Positions 51,171 to 64,000 of a stretch of 64,000 nt of DNA are shown here, one piece after another (position 1 is the stretch's first letter; each line of letters opens with the position of its first letter). This stretch comes from the human T2T-CHM13v2.0 reference genome, Homo sapiens: assembly GCF_009914755.1 (NCBI RefSeq), contig NC_060934.1; one strand, given 5' to 3'. A model generated the notes under the pieces. That model was not told where the DNA came from. It was given only the letters and a program-made list of their open reading frames with translations, and made no database searches. A program made the position numbers and the translations under genes.

Positions 51171-51898
51171 ATTAGAACCCCAAACTACTATATATCTTCA
51201 CACCTTTCATTATTCTTTATTTGTATTACACTACCTAAAGTTTTTTTCCCATCGCCAAATCCAATACATTTTGTAGCTTTCATTTTTCAAGAAGAAGCTC
51301 CAGTAACTTGTTCCCAATTGCAGTAACTCAGTGACTTTTCCTCCTTCTGAATACCTGTCATATTTTCTACCACTCACTTCATTAACCCAGGTTGGAACAG
51401 AGCTTTAGATGAAACATTGCATTTCCTCAATTATTACAATTTTTTTGTTTCCATTCTAACTCTGCAAGCTTGTTTAAGCTAACCCTTCGACTTACGGACA
51501 CTAGAAAGTGGATGCCAATTTACTGGGGTGCAGTGATTCATATAGGAATCAGTTTAGTCACTTGCTTTTTTTCTTCCCTCTTTTATTCATTGATACTGCA
51601 AATGGTGCCCAACCACTAAATTATCCCCTTAAAATTTTTTTTTAAAAATCTGGTCCCATTACAGATTCTAATCCTGAAATCTACTTATGGGGCTAACTGG
51701 GTCTTATTAAGTAAATCATTTTACTTTACTTTTCTGAGCATCAGCTCCTTCATCTATACAATGAGAAAGTTTTACCTATTTCTAGTAGTGTTTTCTTCAT
51801 CAAAATAAAAGCTGAATCATTTTAAACTCTTAAAGTATTGAGTATATACAACATATAAGTCGATATGGGGCAGGAATCACTGAAAAAATATATATATA

Positions 51899-52408
51899 TT
51901 TTATTATTATACCTTAAGTTCTAGGATACATGTGCAGAAAGTGCAGCTTTGTTACATAGGTATACACGTGCCATGGTGGTTTGCTGCACCCATCAACCCA
52001 TTATCTACATTAGGTATTTCTCCTAATGCTATCCCTCCCTAGCTCCCCACCCCCCGACAGGCCCCAGTGTGTGAATGTCCCCCTCCCTGTGTCCATGTGT
52101 TCTCTTTGATAAACTCCCACCTACGATTGAGAACATGCGGTGTTTGGTTTTCTGCTCCTGTGTTAGTTTGCTGAGAATTATGGGATCCAGCTTCATCCAT
52201 GTCCCTGCAAAGGACATAAACTCATCCTATTTTATAGCTGCATAGTATTTCTTGGTGTATATGTGCCACATTTTCTTTATCTAGTCTATCATTGATGGGC
52301 ATTTGGGTTGGTTCCAAGTCTTTGCTATTGTGAATAGTGCTGGAATAAACATATGTGTGCATGTGTCTTTATAGTAGAATGTTTTATAATCCTTTGGGTA
52401 TATACCCA
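51899..52408 (-). mobile_element. L1PA7-like 3' end
   Basis: ttaagttctaggatacatgtgcaga...tacataggtatacacgtgccatggtggtttgctgcacccatcaaccc; ORF fragment MSFAGTWMKL. Confidence 0.9.
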
Positions 52409-52759
52409 CGCATTCTTTAAAGTAAAAAAAGGTATCCTATTTTAAAAAATGGACTAGTTTAAGTCACTACAATTGCATATCTCTCCTGAAGGCAATAATC
52501 AGACTTCAGAGTGCCACAGAAATGCTTTCTGCATAATACCTCCAATTTTTTCATAAGAATATTAAACTACATGTATCTGAGGGTTATCATTTAATAAAAG
52601 TGAAATGCTTTATCACTTGACTAATGGCTTTCTTAAGTAAAACTGAATAGTCTGACAAGTACTATTAGTGAACATTTACTGCTAGTACAGATTGGTGTGA
52701 CTGTCCTGATTTTTGCTAAGGCTGTGGTGGTTTACCTAATATTGTTTTACACTATAAGT

Positions 52760-52890
52760 GAAAATGTCAACGGAGTAAAAAGGTGATAAGCATCTTCATA
52801 TTATTTTTAAAATAGTTTTAATCTTTAAGACACCAAGAAAGGGTCTCAGGGATCCTCAGGGGTTGATATAGCCCACTTTGAAAACTGCAG
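52760..52890. mobile_element. hAT-Charlie-type DNA transposon end
   Basis: gaaagggtctcagggatcctcaggggttg...cactttgaaaactgc. Confidence 0.45.
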
Positions 52891-55474
52891 CAGTAAATTA
52901 TGAGGGATATCCCAAAGGATTATTACATGGCCCTCAAATTAGAACTTCGGTTGTCTCCCTAGTGTATAGACATTTTGTGGTATTCTCTGTTTGAAATAGA
53001 GAAAAAAATGCCAAAATTATAGCTGAAAACCAAGTTTTGATTAGATCACATAAATGAAGCACATCTTGAAATGCATCTGCAATTAATGTCACCACTCTTC
53101 GTCATTTTCCAAGTATCACCTAACTTCTGCCTAAATTAAACAAGTGAAATGGTATGCATTAAGACTCCTTTAATCTACATTTTCCAAATCTTTGGTAGTA
53201 GACCTAATCTCACTGATTCCACAGGGATGTGGTATATCTTTTGGTTTATAATTTTAATATTTAGGAAACAATCTAAGGCCCACCTTTGACTTTTTCTTCA
53301 ATTTTAGTCCAGAATGCACAGATTTTTTTTGCCAATGTTAGGATTCTGCTCCAAGTGTGCATTCAAGATCAGGAGAAACAATACCAGGCTGAAAGTCCTT
53401 TTCTGTTAATAATATTAAATGAGATATTAGCATGCTTCCCATCTACTTAAGTCCTAAACAATGTCATGAACAACTAGATGCCTCTAAAGATTTTTGTGGG
53501 TCAAATTATAGGATTATTTATTTGATGCTGTTACCTACTATGATGATGACACTTACCTTGTCTCTTGTGGCTAAGTGTTGCTACCACTCCAGAATCCAAT
53601 CATCTCCATGGCACCCAGAAACCCATTTCAATAGCAGAGTCTCCTGACTTCATTCGTAATGGATATATGACATCTATTACTGTTTTTTTTTTTCAAGGGT
53701 GCCAGAATTCCCTTCATTGATATCTTTCCCAGTGGCTTGGTGAAGTGGCAATAGCCATAGTTAAGAGACAGGTATAATAAACCAGTTCCAAAGTCCAGAT
53801 ATTCAATCCAAGGGATATGTTCTATAGCCAGGGCAGAGAGTTGTCATAATTCCTGACCTTATGCAGTTGAGGACTAGCTTCTCAGAGAAAGGGGCTTAGA
53901 CAGAAGAAATCTCTTAAAGACCTCATGATGTGGAAATGTTTAGGAGCCTTCTCTCCTCATCTTATTACATGAGAAAGAAAGAAACTAACTTGTTTGAGCT
54001 TTTGTATTTTGATGTATTTGGGGTTATAAAGTTTAAGACTCAGCCCTGATTTAGTATAATGAAATGATACTGCTAAAGTTTGAATACTCTTTGGCCTCGA
54101 TAAATATTTATACTTCCTATGATTCATGCTTATTTTCAAAGTTCATGTGCTTAGGTGTTTGAACATTGTAAATTATGTTTCTCATAGAACAAAGCCCTAC
54201 TCGATGGGTTCTAGTTATTTAGTCCTATTTTGGAAAAAGCCAATATTCTTGCCATTCCACTGCTCTAAATAATTGAAATAAATTGTGGCACAATTAATTT
54301 GCCCTTAGCAAAAGGTTTTAAAGACTACAATTGGTCACTAAGACAGCCAAATCATCTGCCTAGTTATGCCGCAACATGTTTTGGTGGTTGCATGAAGATA
54401 ATGGTCTCAGCTAAATCAATTTCAAGTGCAGACATAAAAATTATTGGCACTTTGAAAATTGATGCCATATTGAAATTTCTTTTGCATCCTCTCCTTAAAG
54501 TTCTAAATGTTTTCTAAATAAAATATGTTTTGTGTAACATAGTACATACTGCTTATGATCAATAACCTATTGTTCTATTGAAATTTATATATATATAACA
54601 TTTTCTCTTTTTTACTCCCATATTCATAATTCTGCTTACATTACCCATTCATTTATTCACTTAGAAAATATGTATTATATTACTACAGTCAGTCTGCCAT
54701 TTCATGAGATTCTTGGAGATATTATATTTAATAAGATACATACTAAAAATGCTACATTCAAACTTGTGTTACTAGCTAAAACCATCTCTGATGTTATAAG
54801 TCCCAACTTTCTCTCCACCAATCCCTTAAAGTTCATTTTATGGTATAATAAGAAGCAATAAGCTGCAGTGATAACAACATAGGCCTTGGAGGAAAAAACA
54901 AAAACAAAAACAAACAAACAAATGAAAAACCTTGGGTTAATATGATACCTACCATGTAAAAGCATTGACTGGAACTGGAATTATTATTTAAACCTTGTGA
55001 TATTTGGTTTCCTATTGGTCAAATAAAGATGATGATACTTAGATTATACAGTTGTTCTAGGGATTTAAGTACAACACTTCTGATTCTTACAACCTTCTAA
55101 CTACTGCTGTGTTGTAAATTCTCACCACATATTTTAGCAGGTTTATTATCTTCTGCTCACCCAGAGACAGGCACATCAGAATTTGGGTAAATAAAGTAAC
55201 AAAGTTTATGTTACCTTTACCTACTTTTATTCTTTTTTTATTTTTTTTATTTTTTACCATAGGTGGGCATTAAGCAGGTTAGTCCACATGGCTATGGTGT
55301 AATACTTTCTCTGTCTTCAAGTCTATACAAATGCACTCTGCACACTATACGTAGCTGATTATTTACTAATTTATGACTTTCTAATTTTTTTCTTTTTCAA
55401 TTTTGCTATCTTTTCAACAAACTCCAAGCAATTCCAAATAAAATAACATATTTTTTACTTTTGTAGTATTCTCT

Positions 55475-55860
55475 TGATATGGTTTGGCTCTTTGTCCCCA
55501 CCCAAATCTTATCTTGAATTGTAATCCCCATGTGTGGAGGGAAGGACATGTAATCCCCACGTGTCAAGGGAGGGAGGTGATTGGATCATGAGGGTGGTTT
55601 CCCCCACGCTGTTCTCATGATAGTGAGTGCATTCTTACAAGATCTGATGGTTTTGTAAATGGTAGTTTTCTTGCAATGATATACAGACTCTCCCTCACCT
55701 GCCACCATGTAAGACATGCCTGCTTCTGCTTCTGCCATGATTGTAAGTTTCCTGAGGCTTTCCCAGACATTTCGTACTGTGAATCAATTAAATCTCTTTC
55801 CTTTATAAATTACCCAGTCTCAGGTATTTCTTTATAGCAGTGTAAAAACAGACTAATATG
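55475..55860 (+). mobile_element. THE1D-like solo LTR
   Basis: tgatatggtttggctc...ccccacccaaatc; ataaattacccagtctcaggtatttctttatagcagtgt...gactaat. Confidence 0.88.
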
Positions 55861-56415
55861 CTCTATATGAAAAGCAAAGTGATTTTATCTATATAGTATT
55901 TGCTCAATAATTATCTTGCAATATATTTTGGCAGGCATAATCTCTTGAAAGTAATTGAGTTGCAAGAAAAATAATACCTCTGTATTTTTCCGTGTTCTTT
56001 TTGTTATGATGTATTGAGGGCTGTGTTTAATTCTTCTTTTTAAAGAATACAAATCTTTTTAGAAAACCAAATAAAGTTATGTTTTTAAGTAATGGTAGTT
56101 ACTCTTGTTTATTAAAAGGCACAATATCTGTAAATTTTGATAATTTACTGTAGATCATACATTCCTTTTGACATTTCAAAAATAAACTAGACAATTTAAT
56201 GTCTTAAAGTATCAAAATATTGAAATTGAAAATCCCTGCAACATATAAAACAGTTTTGGTAATTTTATTCTTTCTTTTTCTTAATTTGAAAGTTCTATTT
56301 AAATAATGTATTTTAGTGCAAAATATGAACACATATGATTTTTTTCACATATCATTTTTATTCAGAGCTCCACTGTATTGACTTAACTGACATATAATTA
56401 GCAGGGCTTTTTTCT

Positions 56416-56898
56416 TTTTTTTTTATTATACTTTAAGTTCTAGGGTACATGTGCACAACGTGCAGATTTGTTACATATGTATACATGTGCCATGTTGGTG
56501 TGCTGAACCTATTAACTCGTGATTTACATTAGGTATTTCTCCTAATGCTATCCCTCCCCCCTCCCCCCACCCCATGACAGACCCCAGTGTGTGATGTTCT
56601 CCTTCCTGTGTCCAAGTGTTCTCATTGTTCAATTCCCACCTATGAGTGAGAACATGCAGTGTTTGGTTTTTTGTCCTTGTGATAGTTTGCTGAGAATGAT
56701 GGTTTCCAGCTTCATCCATGTCCCTACAAAGGACATGAACTCATCCTTTTTTATGGCTGCATAGTATTCCATGGTGTATATGTGCCACATTTTCTTAGTC
56801 CAGTCTATCATTGATGGACATTTGGGTTGGTTTCAAGTCTTTGCTATTGTGAATAGTGCCACAATAAACATACGTGTGCATACGTCTTTATAGCAGCA
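56416..56898 (-). mobile_element. L1PA4/5-like 3' end
   Basis: tatactttaagttctagggtacatgtgcacaacgtgcag...; TSD agcagggcttttttct / agcaggactcttttct; ORF MWHIYTMEYYAAIKKDEFMSF. Confidence 0.92.
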
Positions 56899-57349
56899 AG
56901 CAGGACTCTTTTCTATAAGAGAAGCTCCTATTGACAGTAAGGTTAATATTAGAGATGCAAAATCAAACAAATAAGTTTTTTTCACAACCCATTTAATTAG
57001 CAAGAGGTTAAGTAGATCCATTGTCTTGTAAACATTTAAAAATTTATTTACTTTCATCATCTAAAATTTAAATGTATAGTTTATAATATTTAGGATATTG
57101 ATGATTAAAAGTCCTTGTGGATTTTAATTCTCAAAATCTCTGTAATCCTTCTTATAGTAAGAACTTTATTGGACATAATTAGTATTCTGCTTACAATACA
57201 GAGGACCTGCTAACCTCTTTAAGCCAGGTATGATAGAACACTGTACAGTTATATTTGAAGTTATCTCTGAGTAAAGACTCTAAATAATTTTCAACCAAAT
57301 AGATGGTGAATAATATGAATCAGTAGCTCATAATAAACGGTCAACTTTC

Positions 57350-57960
57350 AAGGCAAATATATATTTCTTGAGTGCCTGCTTTGTGCAAAGTTGCATTTTA
57401 GATTGTAAAGCTGTTTCTACTAAAATGAAATAGAGTAAATCTATAATGCTAAATCCAAAGGGGGATTCAAACAAAAGTGAACCAATGTGGTTATGCAAAT
57501 ATATGTGTTATGTTTGAAGATTAATTGTTGAGGAAGCAGTATTTGTGTCTATGTTTTTACTGTGAGAGTCAGAGTAACTTGTACAAATAAGATAATTTTA
57601 ACTTGGCTTTCCAAAAATAAAAAAGGCATTCACAGGTAGAAAAGATAAAGCATACATTTTCTAACGGTAAAAATAGCAAGTGGAAAGTTGTAGGGCTAGA
57701 ACAATGAGCGGCGTGTTGAAAGAACAGAATCGTAACTGTGCCACAGGCTATGGAATGGGAAAATTATGAGAATGGAAGATGGTTTTAGCAAAATTATGAA
57801 AGACTGTGGATGTGAAGATAAAAGATACAGATTTTATTTGAGGAGGTTTTGCAGGTTTTTTAAAAAGGTGATTATATAATCTTAATTGAATTGTAAGAAG
57901 TTTGCATTACTGCTTGCAATGATGATACCCTGAAGACAAGGTGAGAGAAGTCAAGAAACT
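57350..57960 (-). mobile_element. L2 relic
   Basis: caaatatatatttcttgagtgcctgctttgtgcaaag (L2 tail) and gcaggttttttaaaaaggtgatt; very diverged. Confidence 0.45.
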
Positions 57961-59809
57961 AAACTGGAAAACTGATGTGGAATAGAACATAATTTTTCTT
58001 TGGAAAGTAGGTCAAAAAGTGAACTGTATAGTCGAATATGTAATAAAAGACTTTTGGTTCCACTTTATTGTTTTTCTTTTCAACTTTATTTTAGGTTCAG
58101 GGGTATATATGCAGGTTTGTTACACAGATAAATTGCAGGTCACTGAGATTTGGGGTATGAATGATTCCATCACCCAGGTAGTGAGCACAGTGCTCAGTAG
58201 GTAGCTTTTCAACCCTCACCCTCTTTCCATCCTCTCCCGTCTAGTAGTCCTTAGTGTCTATTGTTCCCATTGTTATGTCCATGTGAACTCAATGTTTAGC
58301 TCCCACTTACAAGTGAGAACATGCGGTATGTGGGCTTCTGTCCTTGTGTTAATTCACTGAGGATAATAGCCTCCAGCTGCATCCATTTTGCTGCAAAGAA
58401 TATGATTTTGTATGACTGCATAGTATTCCATGGTGTATGCGTATGACATTTTCTTCATCCACTTCACTGTTGATGGGGATCTAGATTGATTCCACATCTT
58501 TGCTATAACAAATAGTATTGCAGTGAACATATGAATGCATGCATTTTTTTACGATGATTTATTTTCTTTTGGGTATATAAAGAGTCGTGGGATTGCTGGG
58601 TCAAATGGTAATTCTGTTTTAAGTTATTTGAGAAATATCCAAACTGCTTTCCACAATGGCCAATTAGTTTACATTCCCAACAGCAGTATATAAGCATTCC
58701 CTTTTCTCTGCAATCTTGCCAACATCTGTTATTCTTTGGCTTTTTAAAAATAGCCATTCTGACTGTTGTGAGATGCTATCATACTGTGGTTATAATTTTC
58801 ATTTCTCTAATGATCAGTAGTGTTGACCATTTTTTTCATATATTTGGTGGCTGCATGTATGTCTTCTTTTGAGCAGTGTTTGTTCATGTCCTTTATCCAT
58901 TTTAAAATGGGGTTGTTTTTTGTTTTTCGAATTGTTTAACTTAAAGATTCTGGATATTAAACCTTTGTCAGTGTATAGTACACTTTCTCTTATTCTGTAG
59001 GTTGTCTGTTTATTTCATTGATAGTTTCTTTTGCTGTGCAGAAGCTCTTTAGTTTAATTAGGTTCCACTTATCAATTTTTGTTTTTGTTGCAATTGTTTC
59101 TGGGGATTTAGTCATAAATTCTTTGCCAAGGCTGATATCTAGAATGGCATTTTCCAGGTTTTCTTTTACAGTGTAGGTCTGAAATTTACCTCTTTAACTC
59201 ATCTTGAGTAAATTTTTGTATATCGTGTAATGTAGGGGTCTAGCTTCAATCTTCTGCATATGGCAAGCTAGTTATCTCAGCACTATTTATTGAATACAGA
59301 GTCATTTGCCAATTGCTTATTTTTGTTGAATTTCTTGAAGGTCAAATGATCATAGTTGTGCAGCTTTATTTCTGGATTCTGTATTTTATTCCATTGGTAT
59401 GTGTCTGTTTTTGTACCAATACCATGCTGTTTAGATACTGTACCTTTGAAGTATACTTTGAGGTCAGACAATGAGACACCTCTAGCTTTGTTCTTTTGCT
59501 TAGAATTGCTTTGGCTATTTAAACTCCCTTTTATTGGCATATGAACTTTAGAATCACTTTTTTTCTAATTCAGTGAAAAATGACATTGGTAGTTTGAAAG
59601 GAATAGCATTAAATTTGTAGATTGCTTTGGGCTTTATGGTCATTTTAATGATATTGATTCTTCCTGTCAGTGAGCATGGAATAATTTTCCATTCATATGT
59701 ATCATACATGAGTTCTTTCAGCAATGTTTTGTAATTCTCCTCATAGAGATATTTCACCTCCTTGATTAGCTGTATTCCAAGGTATTCATGTGTGTGTGTG
59801 GCTATTGTA

Positions 59810-59902
59810 TTAGGTTAGTGCAAAATTGCAGTTATTGTATCAGGTTAGTTCAAAAATTACTTTAAAATGGCAAAAACCGCAATTACTTTTGCACCAACCT
59901 AA
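59810..59902. mobile_element. MADE1 nested in L1, with TA TSD and an internal duplication
   Basis: ta-ttaggttagtgcaaaa ... aaaaccgcaattacttttgcaccaacctaa-ta. Confidence 0.92.
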
Positions 59903-61002
59903 TAAATGTGATTGCATTCTTGACATGACTCTCAGCTTTAATGCTATTGGTGTACAATAATGCTACTGATTTTTGATATTGATTTTATATCCTGACACTT
60001 TACTGTAGTACTTTACCAGCTTTAGGGCCTTTTGACAGAGACTTTAGGCTTTTCTAGGAATAGAATCATACCTAGAAAATCAGTAAAATGACATAATTTA
60101 ACTTCTTTTCCTATTTAAGTGCCTTTTATTTATTTCTCTTGCCTATGCTCTCCGACTAGGACTTCCAGTATAATGTTGAATAGGAGTGGTAAGAGTAGGC
60201 ATCATTGTCTTGCTCCAGTTCTTAAGGGGAAAGATTCCAGTTGACGCCCATTTTGTATAATGTTGACTGTGGGTTTGAAATAGATGGCTTTGTTATTTTG
60301 AGGTATGTTCCTTTGCTGCCTACTTTGCTAAGGCTTTTTATCTGGAAGGAATGCTGGATTTTATCAAGAGGCTTTTCTTCATCTATCGAGATGATTATAT
60401 GGATTTTGTTTTTAGTACTGTTTATGTGGTGAAACCTTTGCCAGATTTTGGTATCAGAGTGATGCTTGCTTTGTATAATGAGTTAGAGAGGGCTTCTTCC
60501 ACCTCTGTTTTTTGGAATAGTTTCAGTAGGCTTGGTACCAGATCTTCTTTATATATCTGGTAAAATTCAGCTGTGAATCCTTCTGGTCCCAGACTCTTTT
60601 TTTGGTAGGTTTTTTTTTTTTTTGGATTCAATTTCAGAACTCAATATTGGTCAGTTCAGGGTTTTTATTTCTTCCTGACTCAGTCTTTGCAGGTGGTGTG
60701 TTTCCAGGAATTTACCAATTTTCTCTAGATTTTCTAGTTTGTGTACATAGAGATGTTCATAATAGTCTCTGAGAATCTTTTGTATTTCCTTTAGATTGGT
60801 TGCAATGTCACCTTTGTCATTTCTGATTGTGCTCCTTTGGATCTTCTCTCTTTTTTTATTTGTTAATCTAGATGTGGCCTATCAATCCTCTTGTTTCCTT
60901 CAAAGAACCAGCTTTTGATTTTGTTGATCCTCTGTATGGATTTTTGGGTCTTAATATCATTCAGTTCTTCTCTGACTTTTGTTATTTCTTTGCTTCTGCT
61001 AG

Positions 61003-61350
61003 TGATATGGTTCGGGTGTGTCCCCACCCAAATCTTGTCTTGAATTCCCATGTGTTGTGGGAGGGATCTGGTGGGAGGTAATTGAATCATGGGGGCAGGT
61101 CTTTTCCATGCTGTTCTCGTGATAGTGAATAACTTTCATGAGACCTGGTAACCACTTATAAGAAGGAGTTTCCCTATAGAAGCTTTCTTTCTGCCTACTG
61201 CTATCCATTTAAAATGTGAATTACTCCTCCTTGCCTTCTTCCATGATTTTGAGGCCTCCCAAGCCATGTGAAATTGTGAGTCCATTAAATCTCTTTTTCT
61301 TCCCAGTCTCAGGTATGTCTTTATCAGCAGCATGAAAACAGACTAATACA
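61003..61350 (+). mobile_element. THE1B solo LTR nested in L1
   Basis: tgatatggtt...gtccccacccaaatc...gaggtaattgaatcatgggggcaggtctt...gactaataca; perfect TSD gctag. Confidence 0.92.
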
Positions 61351-64000
61351 GCTAGCTTTGGGGTTAGTTTGTTCTTGCTTTTTTCTAATTACTCTAGGTG
61401 CAATATTATATTGTTAAATTAAGGTCTTTATAATGTCTTAATTTAGATATTTAGCATTATAACCTTTTAACACTGATTTAGCTTTATCCCAGATATTTTA
61501 TTATGCTGTGTCTCTATTTTCATTTATTTCAAAGATTATTTAAAATTTCTGCCTTAATTTTATTGTTTACCCCAAAATCATTACAGAGCAAGTTTGTTAA
61601 TATCCATGTAATTGTGTGGTTTTCAGGGAGTTCCTTGGTATTGATTTCTATTTTTCTTCCACTCTGTGCTGAGACTATGGTTAGTATGATTTTGATTGTT
61701 TTAAATTTATTTGGACTTGCTTTATGGCCAAACATGTGGTTGAACTTACATACGTTCCATTTGCAGATGAGAAAAACATGTATTCTGTGGTCGATGGATG
61801 GAGAGTCCTGTAAGAATCTATTAGGTCCAATTGGTCAAGTGCCAAATTTAAGTTTAGGATTTCTTTGTTAGTTTTCTGCCTCAATAATGTGGCTGTCATT
61901 GCCAGTGGGGTGTTGAAGTCCCTCACTCTTATCTTATGTCTGTCTAAGTCTTTTTGTAGGTCTAGAAGTACACACTTTATGAATCTTGGTGCTTCAGTGT
62001 TAGGCACATAATATTTAGGATAGTTAAGTCATTTTGTTGGATTGAACCATTTACTATTATGTAGTGCTGTTCTTGTCCTTGTCTAATGTTGTTGATCTAA
62101 AGTCTATTTTATCTGATATAAGAATAGTGATCCAAGCTTTCTTTTTTTCTGTTTGCATGACGGATCTCTCTCTAATCCTTTACTGTGAGTCTGTGGGTGT
62201 TATTACATGAGAGATGGGTCTCTTGAAGACAGCAGACATACAGTTATTGTTGTTTTTTACCCAATTTGCCACTCTGTGCCTGTTAAGTGGGGTGTTAAGG
62301 TCATTTACATTCAATGTTAATATTGATGTGTGAGGTTCTGTTCTATCATGAAGTTGTTAGCTGGTTGTTTTGTAGTTCCTATTGTGTAGTTGCTTTAAAG
62401 GGTCTGTGGGTGATGTACTTGACCGTGGTTTTGTGGTATTCTTCTTTCATCTCCATGTTTATAATTCCCTTAAGGATCTCTTGTATGCCTCATCTAGTGG
62501 TAATAAATTTCCTTCACAATTCTTTGTGTGAAAAAGTTTTTATTTTTCCTTTCCTTATGAAGCTTAGTTTGGTGGGGTATACATTTCTTGGTTGGAGCTT
62601 CTTATCTGAGAATGCTAAACATAGGCCCACAGTCTCTTCTGGATTGAAGGGTTTCTTCTGAGGAGTACACTGTTAGCCCTAGGGAGTTCCCTTTGTAAGT
62701 GATCTCAGCTTTTAAGATTTTTTCTTTAGCCTTGACCTTAAACAGTCTAGAGACTACATGGCTTGGCGATGTTCATTTTGTGTTGTATCTTACAGGTGTT
62801 TCTGGATTTCTTATATCTGAATGTCTACCTTTCTAGGAAGATTAGGAAAATTTTCTTGAACTATTCCTTCAAATATGTTTTCCAGATTGTTTACATTTTT
62901 CCTTCTCCTTCAAGAATGCTAATAATTAATAGGTTTGATTGCTTTACATAATCCCATATTTCTCGCAGATTTGTTCATTTTTATAATTCTCTTTTAAAAT
63001 TTTTGTCTGAATGGCTTAGTTCAACAGACTGGCCATCTAGTTCTGAAATTCGTTTTCTGCTTGGTCTAGTCTATTGACAAAGCTTTTAGTTGTATTTTGA
63101 AATTCTGCAAGTGAGTTTTTCAGTTCCAGTAGCTCTGATTGATTTCTTTTTAAAATGTTTACCTTTTCCTTTATTTCTTGGATTGCTTTACAGGTTTCTT
63201 TGTCTTAATTTTCAACCTTATCTTGGAGCTCATTGAGTTCTGTGATCCATGCTTTGAATTATCCGTCTTTTATCTCTATACCTACATTTTGGCTTGGCAT
63301 CATTGCCAGAGAGTTAGAGTGAGGCTTCGGTTGTCACACATTCTGATTTTTTATAGTGGCAGAAATCTTACGCTGCTTCTTTCTCATCTGGAGAGTGTTG
63401 CATTGGGTAGGGTATTTTGGCTTTGCTTCTGTAGTCCTCTGCACTTCTGGCAGCAGGTTTTGTATTGGGCTGTGTGGTCCAACCTATAGGCCAGTAGGTG
63501 ATATTTGCAATAAGAGCCAACTGCTGCATAAGCAGGTATGTATGAACTTGATCATTGTTTACTGTGAGGTAATTTCTGTAGTTTCAGGTGAAGGGCTGAA
63601 CAGTGGGGTGTTCAATATCCTGTACTGTTGAGATGGCAGGACACAGCTAGGCAGAGCTGGAGCCCCTCACTTGCCCATGAATATCCCAGTGGTGAGTGTA
63701 GGCACCTGCCATGATGAGGGTGGCTGGGTGAAATTCCTGGTGAAGTGCGCTGAGGAGGCTGCCACAGCTCCCTGTCCTAGAAAGGCAGGAATGAAATCTG
63801 TTTCCCTATGGCACCCCTGTTCCAGGTCCCTTGACTCCTAGTTCAGATGCATACCAGAGTCTATCTCTGGGCTATAATATGGTTGAAACCAACAGGGAAT
63901 GCCTGTTTTGTGACTCTTTATGGGAGTGGTTTCATGGCATAACCTCATCACTCAACCCGATATAGATACCTTTAAAGCTTGCCTGTTCTTCGATGTGGCA

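Larger units (their letters stand above)
58065..64000 (-). mobile_element. Near full-length degenerate L1PA16-like element (3'UTR, ORF2 ending near 62349, ORF1, 5'UTR running off the window)
   Basis: 3' end caactttattttaggttcaggggtatatatgcaggtttgttacac; ORF2 fragments PNTEAPRFIK (EN), [11 protein letters not shown] and [11 protein letters not shown]. Confidence 0.92.

Noticed and set aside
50940-51326. 128-aa ORF, the longest in the track
   Set aside because: Mostly MLT1A LTR sequence with a non-ATG start
55520-55576. 29-bp internal tandem duplication in the THE1D-like LTR
   Set aside because: As I recall, this variant is shared by many THE1D-type copies, so it is probably not locus-specific
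61503-62661. ORFs of 108-122 aa
   Set aside because: L1 endonuclease remnant on - and its antisense shadows on +

Overview
AT-rich, CpG-depleted, non-coding primate genomic DNA. AluY, AluS, L1PA, THE1 and MADE1 point to a catarrhine, probably human, source; it looks like a gene desert or the interior of a very large intron. I found no intact protein-coding gene, RNA gene or CRISPR array; the ORF track is decayed L1/Alu/LTR fragments plus chance ORFs. Roughly half of the window is interspersed repeat: two near full-length old L1s (7.7-17.2 kb on +, 58.1-64 kb on -), many 5'-truncated L1s (three with twin-priming inversions), about 13 solo LTRs (many with intact TSDs), 3 dimeric Alus and 1 monomer, Tigger/MER3/MADE1 DNA elements, MIR/L2 relics and microsatellites. 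Subfamily names come from recalled consensus motifs and need RepeatMasker/Dfam confirmation. The most unusual non-TE structure is a direct-inverted-direct triplication at 34.7-36.5 kb, with a fold-back hairpin at one junction and an internal stem-loop that shows a compensatory change between copies. Other notable items are a 47-bp copy of a nested L1PA inserted 1.2 kb away, an 88-bp inverted L1, a possible captured 1.2-kb segment splitting an L1MA, and a MER61 LTR carrying NRF1/NF-kB/p53-type motifs. I see no convincing evidence for a new multi-gene system.
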